From NCBI GenBank assembly GCA_048938895.1, contig JBHLLU010000037.1, forward strand, positions 1 to 39,991: a stretch of 39,991 nt of DNA, written 5' to 3'. Of this stretch, positions 28,831 to 37,944 are shown in pieces. Below the pieces are notes generated by a model. It searched no databases and was not told the DNA's origin. It saw only the letters and a program-made list of their open reading frames with translations. Position 1 is the stretch's first letter; the number at the start of each line of letters is the position of its first letter. Origin of the DNA: Promethearchaeota archaeon (GTDB lineage: Archaea; Asgardarchaeota; Lokiarchaeia; Sigyniarchaeales; SOKP01). Position numbers and translations under genes: made by a program.

Positions 28831-29115
28831 ATGATTGTAGAAGTACTCTATTTTGCGGAATTTAAAGACATTACTGGTAAAGAAAAGGAAAAATTTGAAT
28901 TAAGTAGCAATCATCTGAAAGACCTTATTAGTTTATTAATTCAAAAATATGGAGATAAGCTCAGAAATATAATTTTAGACAAAAATTCTCAATTTATACA
29001 CAATTTAATTTCAACAATAATAAATAACCATGCAATCCTGGAAAGAAATCCGTTGTATATTAATTTAAAGGATGGTGACTCTATTGCTTTCTTAATGCCT
29101 GTTTCTGGAGGTTGA
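28831..29115 (+). CDS. moaD: MoaD/SAMP ubiquitin-like sulfur carrier
   Basis: VLYFA start and LKDGDSIAFLMPVSGG C-terminal di-glycine. Confidence 0.93.
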   Translation: MIVEVLYFAEFKDITGKEKEKFELSSNHLKDLISLLIQKYGDKLRNIILDKNSQFIHNLISTIINNHAILERNPLYINLKDGDSIAFLMPVSGG

Positions 29116-29121
29116 TGCGAA

Positions 29122-29574
29122 ACGAAAAATTTTGATGAATATAAAGAATTTAAATCAGGGATTTATGCTAAGGGAGAGATTAACCTTAGAAATCTAATCA
29201 ATTCAATAAAATCGAATTCTAATATCAAAAATGCAGGGTCAATTCATACTTTCACTGGAATTGTAAGAAGTACCTCCAAAAATGGGAAACCTGTTGTAAG
29301 GATGAAAATTGATGCCTATGATGACCTAGCAAATAAAAGTATTTTCAAAATTTGCGAAAAATTAAAGCAAAGGAAAGGAATAATTGATATAAAGATAATC
29401 CATTTAAAAGGAGAATTTGAGCTATCTGAGGATTTAGTCTATGTTATTGTGGCCTCTGCACACAGAAAGGAGGGTTTCGAAACAATTGCCGATGCTGTCG
29501 AAATGTATAAAAAAGAAATAGAAGTCTGGAAGAGAGAAGATTATGAGGATGGATCTAATGAATGGATCCATTAG
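29122..29574 (+). CDS. moaE: Molybdopterin synthase catalytic subunit
   Basis: AGSIHTFTGIVR lies upstream of the first ATG (29302), followed by HLKG, ASAHRKEGF and KKEIEVWKRE. The frame is open back to 29116; proposed ACG start at 29122. Confidence 0.9.
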   Translation, partial: TKNFDEYKEFKSGIYAKGEINLRNLINSIKSNSNIKNAGSIHTFTGIVRSTSKNGKPVVRMKIDAYDDLANKSIFKICEKLKQRKGIIDIKIIHLKGEFELSEDLVYVIVASAHRKEGFETIADAVEMYKKEIEVWKREDYEDGSNEWIH

Positions 29575-29608
29575 TATAACTTAAAATTAATTTTAATTTG
29601 ATAGTATT

Positions 29609-30838
29609 ATGAAATTTCTGAAAACCATTAAAGTAGAAGAATTTAAGAATATACTCGGTTCAATTTCAAGTATAAAAACTGAAGAGGAACTTATTAATAT
29701 TGAAAATTGCTATAATCGAATCATTTCACGGGATATTAAGAGTGAGATCAATGTTCCACACTTCCGGAAATCAAGAATGGATGGATATGCTGTAATAGCT
29801 GAAGATACATTTGGTGCTGAAGAAGATAATAATATTGAACTTGAGTTGATTGAGACAATTCAAGCTGGTGATACTCCTCGGAAGAAGTTAAGTAAAGGTC
29901 AATGTTCTTATATAGCTACAGGAGCAGCAATACCCGAAAATGCTAATGCTGTTATAATGGTGGAATTTACTGAAAGAGACGGAAACTGTATATCGATTTC
30001 AAAAGCATTAACCCCTGGAACCCATGTAATAAATATTGGCCATGACATAAAAAAGGGTGAAATGATTGTTAGAAGAGGATCTCTAATAAATCTAGCTACA
30101 ATTGGTATCCTTGCATCCTCAGGGATAAATAATATTTGGGTATTTAAGCGGCCTAGAGTTTCACTCCTAAGCACGGGAAATGAACTTGTTACGTTTGATA
30201 CTAAAATTCTTGAAATAGGAAAGATATACGATGTGAATTCTGTAGTTTTACAAAGGGCAATTGCGAATACTGGTGTTGCTGTTAATTTTCTAGGGATTAT
30301 CAAAGATGATTTTATAGAATTAAAGAAAGCTGTTGATGATGCTTTAGAAAAGAGTGATATTATAATCATCTCTGGAGGAACATCAAAAGGAGAAGGAGAT
30401 TTGGGACCACAAGTACTTGAAGAATATGGAGATATTGAAATATTAATACACGGTGTAAAAATAAAACCAGGTAAGCCGATAATATTTGCAAAAATAAAGG
30501 ATAAGATAATTTTTATTTTACCTGGATATCCAACTTCTGCTTTAAGCTGTTTCTATGTATTTATTGATAACTTTTTAAGAAAATTATCAGGATATCCTCT
30601 AAAAGAGAAATACTCTAAGGTTTTAACAGTAGGAGAGAGAATTTATGGTACAGTCGGTCGAAATGAATTCAAAACTGTAAAAATTCAAGAAAAAGATGGA
30701 GAACAGATGATTTTTCCTGTAAAAACGGGTTCAGAGGCAATAAGTACAATGTTTTATGCTGATGGATATGTGGAGATTGGAGAATTGGAATCTATTATAG
30801 AAAAAGGGGACAAAAGAAGGATCTATTTCTTCCAATGA
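29609..30838 (+). CDS. moeA: Molybdopterin molybdenum/tungsten transferase (copy 1)
   Basis: SRMDGYAV, IATGA, STGNEL, SGGTS, KPGKP and LPGYP motifs. Confidence 0.94.
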   Translation: MKFLKTIKVEEFKNILGSISSIKTEEELINIENCYNRIISRDIKSEINVPHFRKSRMDGYAVIAEDTFGAEEDNNIELELIETIQAGDTPRKKLSKGQCSYIATGAAIPENANAVIMVEFTERDGNCISISKALTPGTHVINIGHDIKKGEMIVRRGSLINLATIGILASSGINNIWVFKRPRVSLLSTGNELVTFDTKILEIGKIYDVNSVVLQRAIANTGVAVNFLGIIKDDFIELKKAVDDALEKSDIIIISGGTSKGEGDLGPQVLEEYGDIEILIHGVKIKPGKPIIFAKIKDKIIFILPGYPTSALSCFYVFIDNFLRKLSGYPLKEKYSKVLTVGERIYGTVGRNEFKTVKIQEKDGEQMIFPVKTGSEAISTMFYADGYVEIGELESIIEKGDKRRIYFFQ

Positions 30839-30869
30839 AAAATTTATATGAAATTGTTAAGGATAAATT

Positions 30870-31430
30870 ATGAAAAAAAATTTAAAAGTCCATGAAGAAC
30901 ATAAACAAAAAGCTCCTAAACAGATTAATGTTGCCTTGATTATTGTAAGTACAAGCAGATACAATGAAATCAAATCAGGGAAGCAGACTTCAGATAAGAC
31001 AATTCCAAAAGTAAGTCTTTTACTTAAAGAAGAACCATCGATAGCTTTAATTTATACTGAAATCATTCCTGATTCGGAAGAGCATATAAAAGAAGTTTTA
31101 ATAAAGGTGATGAAATATAATGATATTGATTCTATTATTTTTAGTGGAGGAACAGGATTATCTCCTAAAGATATCACATATGAGACCTTAGAACCACGTT
31201 TAAATAAAATATTTGATGGTTTTGGAGAATTATTTAGACAGCTCTCCTTTGATGAAATTGGGAGTGCCGCTATGTTATCTAGAGCAACAGCAGGAATTCT
31301 AAATGGCAAAAGAAAAAATAAAGCAGTCTTTCTATTACCAGGTTCACCAAATGCGGTAATGATGGCCTTAAAACGCATCATTATTCCAGAATTAGGGCAT
31401 ATCCAATACTTAATTAATAAGGAAGAGTGA
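30870..31430 (+). CDS. moaB: Molybdopterin adenylyltransferase MoaB/MogA
   Basis: IIPD, GGTGLSPKDIT, GFGELFR, SRATAG and LPGSPNA motifs. Confidence 0.93.
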   Translation: MKKNLKVHEEHKQKAPKQINVALIIVSTSRYNEIKSGKQTSDKTIPKVSLLLKEEPSIALIYTEIIPDSEEHIKEVLIKVMKYNDIDSIIFSGGTGLSPKDITYETLEPRLNKIFDGFGELFRQLSFDEIGSAAMLSRATAGILNGKRKNKAVFLLPGSPNAVMMALKRIIIPELGHIQYLINKEE

Positions 31431-31436
31431 CGATTC

Positions 31437-32684
31437 TTGGAAAAGCTTCGAAAAGTAGGATTTGCGAGATTAACTTCTTTAGAAGATACTTTGAAACTAA
31501 TTTATCCTAATGTAAAAACAAATTCAGTTGAAGAAATAGAAGTTAAATATGGATTAAATCGAATTTTGGCTACAAATATTACTAGTAACATTGATATTCC
31601 TCCTTTTGATAGATCAGCCATGGATGGTTATGCTATTAGGGCTGAAGATTCATTTAATGCCTCCCCAAGTAATCCAAAACATATAGAGCTTAGGGGCAAA
31701 ATCGAAATCGGTGAATTTTCAACCCTTAGCTTAAATACTGGTGAGGGAATTAGAATATCTACTGGTGCAGTTATTCCAAAAGGTGCAGATGCCGTTGTTA
31801 AAATTGAAGATACGGAGATTGAAAATAATATTATACACGTTTATACCTCAGTCCCTCCAGGTAAAAATGTTTCAAAGAAAGGCGAAGATATTAAAAAAGG
31901 TGTTCAGGTTTTAACTGAGGGTATTGAATTAAAGGCTGAACATATTGCATTGTTATCCTCCTTAGGATTAAATAAAGTAAAAGTTCGAGTTAAACCAAGA
32001 GTAAGTATTTTTTCGTCAGGTGATGAATTATTTGAACCTGGAACTCAATTAAAACCTGGGAAAATTTATAATTCTAACACTCCAATGATATCCGCATTGG
32101 TTACGTTATATGGGGGTGATGTAGTGAAAGGTGAAACAGTAAAAGATGAAAAAGATATGATCAAAAATAAATTAATCGAAGCTACTGAAAATTCTGACAT
32201 CATAATATTTACAGGTGGTACCTCTGTAGGGACAAAAGATTATCTTCCTGAGATTATTGAGGAGTCAGGAACCGTTTTAACTCATGGAGTCGCTCAGAGA
32301 CCTGGAGCACCTGTTCTAATAGGAATTTTAAATAAAAAATTAGTATTCTGCTTACCAGGTACTCCCGTTGCAGCATATATATCATTCTTAAGTATTGCTG
32401 GTCTTGTTATAAGAAAAATGTTAGGTTGCTTAATTCTTGATCCTCGTCATGAGATTATAGCACAAATTAATAAGGATGTTCCTGTTTCAAGTCTTGGATA
32501 TATTCACTATTTAAGAGTAATTATTGAAAAATCTCAGGAAGTATTGATCGCGAAACCAGTTAAACTAAAGGGATCTGGTGTTATAAGTTCACTTACGTTT
32601 TCAGATGGGATAGTTGAAATTCCACCTCATCGAGAAGGTTTGAAGAAGGGAGATCTGGTCAAAGTAAAACTTTTTCCTAAATAA
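31437..32684 (+). CDS. moeA: Molybdopterin molybdenum/tungsten transferase (copy 2)
   Basis: PPFDRSAMDGYA, STGA, SSGDEL, TGGTSVG, RPGAP and LPGTP motifs. TTG start 6 nt after GAGTGA. Confidence 0.94.
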   Translation: MEKLRKVGFARLTSLEDTLKLIYPNVKTNSVEEIEVKYGLNRILATNITSNIDIPPFDRSAMDGYAIRAEDSFNASPSNPKHIELRGKIEIGEFSTLSLNTGEGIRISTGAVIPKGADAVVKIEDTEIENNIIHVYTSVPPGKNVSKKGEDIKKGVQVLTEGIELKAEHIALLSSLGLNKVKVRVKPRVSIFSSGDELFEPGTQLKPGKIYNSNTPMISALVTLYGGDVVKGETVKDEKDMIKNKLIEATENSDIIIFTGGTSVGTKDYLPEIIEESGTVLTHGVAQRPGAPVLIGILNKKLVFCLPGTPVAAYISFLSIAGLVIRKMLGCLILDPRHEIIAQINKDVPVSSLGYIHYLRVIIEKSQEVLIAKPVKLKGSGVISSLTFSDGIVEIPPHREGLKKGDLVKVKLFPK

Positions 32685-32859
32685 TGTTTAGATTTTTCGA
32701 ATTTTAAAGAATCAGATTTTAAATTTATGTTGATAAATTCTTATAATTTATAGCAATCAATCTTATTAACTGAAGATGATACGTTATTAAACATTAAAGG
32801 CATATCAAGGATTATTCTTTCTTTAAAATGCCGGAGCATTGGGATAAGGCAATGATGAT

Positions 32860-33909
32860 ATGAATAGAAAAGGTAATTTGAATTTAAAATACATTGGTAT
32901 TCTAATCCTGTTATGCCTACCCTTAATTGGGATATCTGGATTCATTATAAGTAAAAATATAATTACTCCTACTGACGATTTTTTTGTTGTTTCAAAGGGG
33001 GAAACACCTATTATATCAGCCGATGCATGGGAATTAACGATAGGTGGAAATGTGAATCATAGTATTATGTTTTCTTATACAAACTTTACTTCTCAACCTT
33101 CAAAAGAAATTATTGCTACATTGCAGTGTGTGGATGGACCATTTGGGACAGCTAAGTGGAAGGGAGTTCCTATTAAAGACTTATTAGATTTAGTACAAGT
33201 ACAATCTGGGGCTGTGGATGTTGTTTTTTACGCAGCAGATTTTTATTCTTCTTCTTTAACAATTCAGGAAGTAAATAACGATAATGTTTTATTAGCATAT
33301 GAAATGAATGGTGAGCCATTACCCCCTGATCAAGGTTTTCCAGTTAGATTAGTCGCTCCAAACCATTTGGGATATAAATGGGTGAAATGGGTTGTAAGAA
33401 TAGAGGTAGTGAATTATGACTATAAAGGGTATTGGGAAAGCAGAGGCTGGAGTGATGATGCATATCGTACGCCTTTCACAGATTGGTTTGTTCATGCAAC
33501 AATCTTAGCGTTTTCATTTCTTTTAGGTGGGATTGCTTTAATGTCGGGACTAAAAAGATCTCCAATTACCGATTTCTTTCATGATTTACCTAAATTTGTG
33601 AATAAAAAGTTCCATATCATAATAGGTGTTGCTTTTTTCCTCACATCTCTAAGTACTTTTTTTTACTGGGTTATTTCTACTATATTAAACCGAGGGGCTA
33701 TATTCTATACTATACACGGTATCGTTGCTTTACTTTCTATGATACTTATAGTACCTGGTGCAATAACTGGCCTTAAAAAATCAAAAAAGAGAGATTTCAA
33801 TAAAAAAACTCTGCATTATAAATTAAATTTATATTCCTTTTATCTATTTTTAGCTACTATTATTTTGGGATTCTTTTTATCATTTATCAATTTGTTATAT
33901 ATATACTAA
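32860..33909 (+). CDS. Sulfite-oxidase-family molybdopterin oxidoreductase with C-terminal 4-TM His-containing domain
   Basis: LQCVDG (Mo-ligand Cys), WKGV, LAYEMNGEPL, GFPVRL, GYKWVKW and GYWE, then four TM helices each with a His. Confidence 0.88.
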   Translation: MNRKGNLNLKYIGILILLCLPLIGISGFIISKNIITPTDDFFVVSKGETPIISADAWELTIGGNVNHSIMFSYTNFTSQPSKEIIATLQCVDGPFGTAKWKGVPIKDLLDLVQVQSGAVDVVFYAADFYSSSLTIQEVNNDNVLLAYEMNGEPLPPDQGFPVRLVAPNHLGYKWVKWVVRIEVVNYDYKGYWESRGWSDDAYRTPFTDWFVHATILAFSFLLGGIALMSGLKRSPITDFFHDLPKFVNKKFHIIIGVAFFLTSLSTFFYWVISTILNRGAIFYTIHGIVALLSMILIVPGAITGLKKSKKRDFNKKTLHYKLNLYSFYLFLATIILGFFLSFINLLYIY

Positions 33910-34030
33910 CTCTCTGAAAAATCAAGGTATTTAGTTACTTTTTTTTTAAAAAAAAAACTAATATCAATTTTATTAGACATAACTAAAATGTTTATATTTT
34001 TTGAAATCAATGTTCAATTAAAGTAAACAT

Positions 34031-34984
34031 TTGAGTAAAAAAATGATAGCTAATTACCTTGATTTAATATCTCCTATATTTTTGGCTTTCAGGGAAGGAT
34101 TGGAAGCAACATTAGTTGTTGTAATCTTATTATTATACTTAAAAAAAACAAACCAGAAACATTATAACAATTATGTTTATTTAGGGGTAATATTAGCAAT
34201 ATTTTCGAGCATTCTCTTTGCAGTCATTTTTTCTATAATTCATGGTGGTTTTATAGGAATTTTAGAGGAAATCTTTGAGGGTTTTACATTTGTTATATCT
34301 GGTATTTTTATAATAACTCTTGTTTTATGGGTGAGTAAAGAAGGCTCTAAAATGCGTGAACATCTTGAGGAAAAGGTAGAAGAATCAATAAATCGTCAAA
34401 AAATGTTTTCAATTACTACTTTAACATTCGTAATAATTATAAGAGAGGGAATTGAGTTGGTGCTTTTATTAACAGGCACAAGCTCTATTGGTTCAATTGA
34501 TCCTTTTATAAGCATCTTAGGTTCTACAGTAGGGTTAATAATATCGGTTCTTATTGGACTACTAACTTTTTATGGAATAAAAACAATTGATCTTTCAAAA
34601 TTCTTTAAAGTTACAAATATAATTCTGATTCTATTCGCTGCTGGTTTGATCACTTATGGTATACATGAATTTATTGAAGCTGGTTTTATTAATCCAATTA
34701 TCAATGAAGTTTGGAATATAAAACACATTCTACCAGAGAGTTTTCCAGATAATGATCCAACTACTCCGGTATGGCTTGAAATAATTGGATCACTACTAAA
34801 AGCACTTTTTGGTTATAATGCCAACCCTGCTTTATTAGAGGTTCTTATATATCCATCTCTATTGATAATCATTGGATTTATCTCGTTAAAGTTGTGGAGA
34901 AAGAATTCAATTCCATTCGATAGGTCTTCCAAAACTTCTGTTGAGAAAGCTGACAAAATTAAAGTAGAAATTTATCCTAAATAA
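34031..34984 (+). CDS. FTR1 family iron permease
   Basis: Two REGxE motifs (FREGLEA, IREGIEL), GIHEF and ALFGY. The start may be ATG 34043. Confidence 0.92.
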   Translation: MSKKMIANYLDLISPIFLAFREGLEATLVVVILLLYLKKTNQKHYNNYVYLGVILAIFSSILFAVIFSIIHGGFIGILEEIFEGFTFVISGIFIITLVLWVSKEGSKMREHLEEKVEESINRQKMFSITTLTFVIIIREGIELVLLLTGTSSIGSIDPFISILGSTVGLIISVLIGLLTFYGIKTIDLSKFFKVTNIILILFAAGLITYGIHEFIEAGFINPIINEVWNIKHILPESFPDNDPTTPVWLEIIGSLLKALFGYNANPALLEVLIYPSLLIIIGFISLKLWRKNSIPFDRSSKTSVEKADKIKVEIYPK

Positions 34985-35171
34985 AAATATTTCTTACTTT
35001 TTCTTTAATTTAATATTATATTTGTAATCAATCTAACTGAAAAAAACCAAGTATAAGGTAATTTAAATGATGATAAAATATTTATCATTTTAGTGTTTGT
35101 ATCTGGAGGATAACACACTAAATTATAATCTCTCCTGATATTAATTTATAAAAAAATAAAGAGAGATTAAT

Positions 35172-35726
35172 TTGACTGAAACTGTATCAGAGAAATATAA
35201 GTTAGAAACAATAAAAAAGACGAATTTAGCATTAATATTAGTAAATACTGAGAAATTCAATGAAATTATATCAAAAAAGAAAAGCTCTGATAAAATAATT
35301 CCAACAGTAATACGATTTTTAAAGAATGATCCATCAATTTCATTAATTTATACTGAAATAATTCCAGATTCGGAAGTATATATTAATGAAGTTTTAATAA
35401 GAGTGATGAAAAAAAAGATAATTGATTCTATTATATTTAGTGGTGGTACTGGGTTAGCTGGCAATGATATTACCTTTGAAACATTAGAACCACGATTATA
35501 TAAAAAATTTAATGGATTTGGAGAATTGTTTAGATCCCTGTCTCTCAATGAAATTGGTTCTTCAGCTGTGCTATCGAGGGCAATTGCAGGTATTCTTCAC
35601 AGCAAGAAAAAAAGTAAGGCAATCTTTATATTGCCACTATCTTCAAATGCTATAATTTTAGCATTGAAACATATAATTATCCCAGAACTAGGTCATATTC
35701 AATATTTAATTAATAAAGAATTCTAA
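35172..35726 (+). CDS. moaB: Diverged MoaB paralog
   Basis: Near-colinear with 30870..31430 (SLIYTEIIPDSE, IIFSGGTGL, GFGELFR, IIIPELGHIQYLINKE), but LPGSP is changed to LPLSS. Confidence 0.8.
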   Translation: MTETVSEKYKLETIKKTNLALILVNTEKFNEIISKKKSSDKIIPTVIRFLKNDPSISLIYTEIIPDSEVYINEVLIRVMKKKIIDSIIFSGGTGLAGNDITFETLEPRLYKKFNGFGELFRSLSLNEIGSSAVLSRAIAGILHSKKKSKAIFILPLSSNAIILALKHIIIPELGHIQYLINKEF

Positions 35727-35828
35727 GATTTTTCTGTCCTAATATATATTAAGACACTTTATTATAAATTTTATTGTTTTATCTTGTATAATCTAAAAAT
35801 ATTTTAGAAACTTATAACTACAAATTAT

Positions 35829-36734
35829 ATGGTTGAAGCAACCAAGGTAGTTACAGAAATAAAAGAAAGATTTAAGATAATTGGTAGAGATCAAGAAATA
35901 AAACAAATTATTGTTGCTCACTCAGTTGGAAAGAACATATTATTGGAAGGAAATGTAGGAGTAGGAAAAACCACCTTAGCAAAAGCGGTTTCGCAATATT
36001 TTGGTTTTAGTGATGCTAATTCTAATCATTCGAAGTTTTATAGAGTAGACTGTAGTGAAGAGTTACTCCCACACAATCTTGTGGGATATTTCGACCCCCC
36101 TCTCGTAATTGCAAATGGATACAATGAAGATTCTTATAAATACGGGCCATTAGCTGAAGCAATGTTAAATGGAGGTTGTTTGTTTATAAATGAGATAAAT
36201 AGGATGCCTGAGAACACACAAAATTCGTTATTAACTGCCTTAGATGAAGGAATCTTAGAAATCCCAAAATTAAAGACTATTAAAGCTCATAAGGATTTTT
36301 TCGTAATCGCAACCCAAAATCCTGCTGCTCATGTAGGAGTTACAGTTTTAGGAGAAGCATTAAAAGATAGATTTATTTGGATAAACTTGGATTATCAATT
36401 ATCAGAGGAGGAAGTTCTTATCATAAAGCAAGAAGCTCAGCTAGATAAAACAACCACGTTAAGTGCTGAAAAAGTGGCTTCAATTTCTCAAGAGATAATT
36501 CACGCAACCAGAAATAGTACATCAATACGTCGAGGAAGTTCAATACGAGGTGGGATAGATTTAGCTACAATAGTTAATCAATATGAAAGCAATAGTAGTT
36601 CGAAAAATTGGATTGAAGCTGCTGTAATGGCTTTGTATAATAAAATTGAACTAGAAGATGGACTTACTCAGTCAAAAAAAGAAATAATCACTGATATCGT
36701 TTTAGCAGTTTTAAATAGATCGGATTTTCAATAA
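35829..36734 (+). CDS. MoxR family AAA+ ATPase
   Basis: GNVGVGKT, FINEINR, ATQNP, EALKDRF and SIRG motifs. Confidence 0.9.
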   Translation: MVEATKVVTEIKERFKIIGRDQEIKQIIVAHSVGKNILLEGNVGVGKTTLAKAVSQYFGFSDANSNHSKFYRVDCSEELLPHNLVGYFDPPLVIANGYNEDSYKYGPLAEAMLNGGCLFINEINRMPENTQNSLLTALDEGILEIPKLKTIKAHKDFFVIATQNPAAHVGVTVLGEALKDRFIWINLDYQLSEEEVLIIKQEAQLDKTTTLSAEKVASISQEIIHATRNSTSIRRGSSIRGGIDLATIVNQYESNSSSKNWIEAAVMALYNKIELEDGLTQSKKEIITDIVLAVLNRSDFQ

Positions 36735-37843
36735 TCGATGATTTCTCAGAGGAAGAATCCGAAGAGATTGAGAAGAGACTGCATGTAAGACTTACTGAAA
36801 GTCGACCTGATAAGGAAATCTTGGAGTATGAAATAATACGGAAGAAGAGAAAGAAACCGGATTATTATAGACATCTTTCAAATACTCTTGATTACCAGAC
36901 CATTAAAAATATGACTTATTTAGCCATACAACACAAAAATCTTGAAGCAATAATGGGTTTGCTAAAAGCGAATGTGTATGCTGCTACAGATGTCTTAGAC
37001 ACAGAAGAAGGTATTGAGTTTTTCTCGGAAAAAACGAGAGAATCTGGAGATTTCATGCCAGAAATTTATTTTTTCATTAGACGCCCTATTTCTAGCAAGT
37101 ATAAATCTATTTTTAGGCGTTTAGCCCGTCAAAGTATTTTAAATTTATCATTAAAGATAACCAGTAAAGGTATAAGGGGACAATTCAAGAAAACTGTTCC
37201 ATTTTATAAGATTGGGATGCCCGAATTTAGTTTAGATGAGACCATCCAGCATAATCCTTTAAAAATTTATGAAAAAAGCCTAAGGCATAAAGATATATTT
37301 GGAGTAGAAAGGAAACGTCAAAAAAGAAAAGTGGTCTTAATTCTAGATACAAGTGGTAGTATGTATGGGCGTTTATTGTTAAATGCTGCTCTTACAAGTT
37401 CAGTTTTAGCTTATAATCTAGAAAAAGAAGATTATGCAATTGTGTTATTTAATTCTACCGCAATGGCTTTAAAAAAAATTAATCAAAAAAGGTCAGTCAT
37501 CAAGATTATTGATGAAATATTGGATTCTGAAGCTGTTGGGTTTACAAATATTGAGATAGGGTTAGAGAATGGATTAAAGGAGTTAAATAAAACACGAGAA
37601 AATAGAAAACAACGTTTTGGGATTCTTATTTCTGATGGTAATTTCAATAGAGGTGGAGATCCTGTCGAAGTTGCTAAAAAATATCCTAAATTACATGTGA
37701 TTGGAATGCCTTCAGAAAATGATGCTACTCAGGGTATTAGAACGTGTCAAGAAATAGCTAAAGCAGGGAGAGGTAAATTTTATGCTGTAAACGATTATAA
37801 GGAAATCCCAAGAGCTTTAATAGAGTTATTATCTCATACTTAG
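36731..37843 (+). CDS. vWA domain protein (MoxR partner)
   Basis: MIDAS DTSGSM, TNI and ISDG. The frame is open about 30 codons upstream of TTG 36821 to an ATA overlapping the moxR stop. Confidence 0.88.
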   Translation: MIDDFSEEESEEIEKRLHVRLTESRPDKEILEYEIIRKKRKKPDYYRHLSNTLDYQTIKNMTYLAIQHKNLEAIMGLLKANVYAATDVLDTEEGIEFFSEKTRESGDFMPEIYFFIRRPISSKYKSIFRRLARQSILNLSLKITSKGIRGQFKKTVPFYKIGMPEFSLDETIQHNPLKIYEKSLRHKDIFGVERKRQKRKVVLILDTSGSMYGRLLLNAALTSSVLAYNLEKEDYAIVLFNSTAMALKKINQKRSVIKIIDEILDSEAVGFTNIEIGLENGLKELNKTRENRKQRFGILISDGNFNRGGDPVEVAKKYPKLHVIGMPSENDATQGIRTCQEIAKAGRGKFYAVNDYKEIPRALIELLSHT

Positions 37844-37944
37844 TAATTTTATATTGAGTTAAGGAAATGATTGGCAACATCAAAACCTTAATGAAAAAAT
37901 AAAATATGACAAAAAAATATTAAACATACTTTACTAAAGTAAAT

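Noticed and set aside
29113-29118. Selenocysteine at the in-frame TGA between moaD and moaE
   Set aside because: MoaD needs a free C-terminal Gly-Gly, so TGA sits exactly where a true stop is expected. No SECIS-like hairpin is evident in the 34-nt gap after moaE.
32782-32808. Third ModE-like box before the oxidoreductase (CGTTATTAA...)
   Set aside because: Only the left half matches; the right half is out of register.
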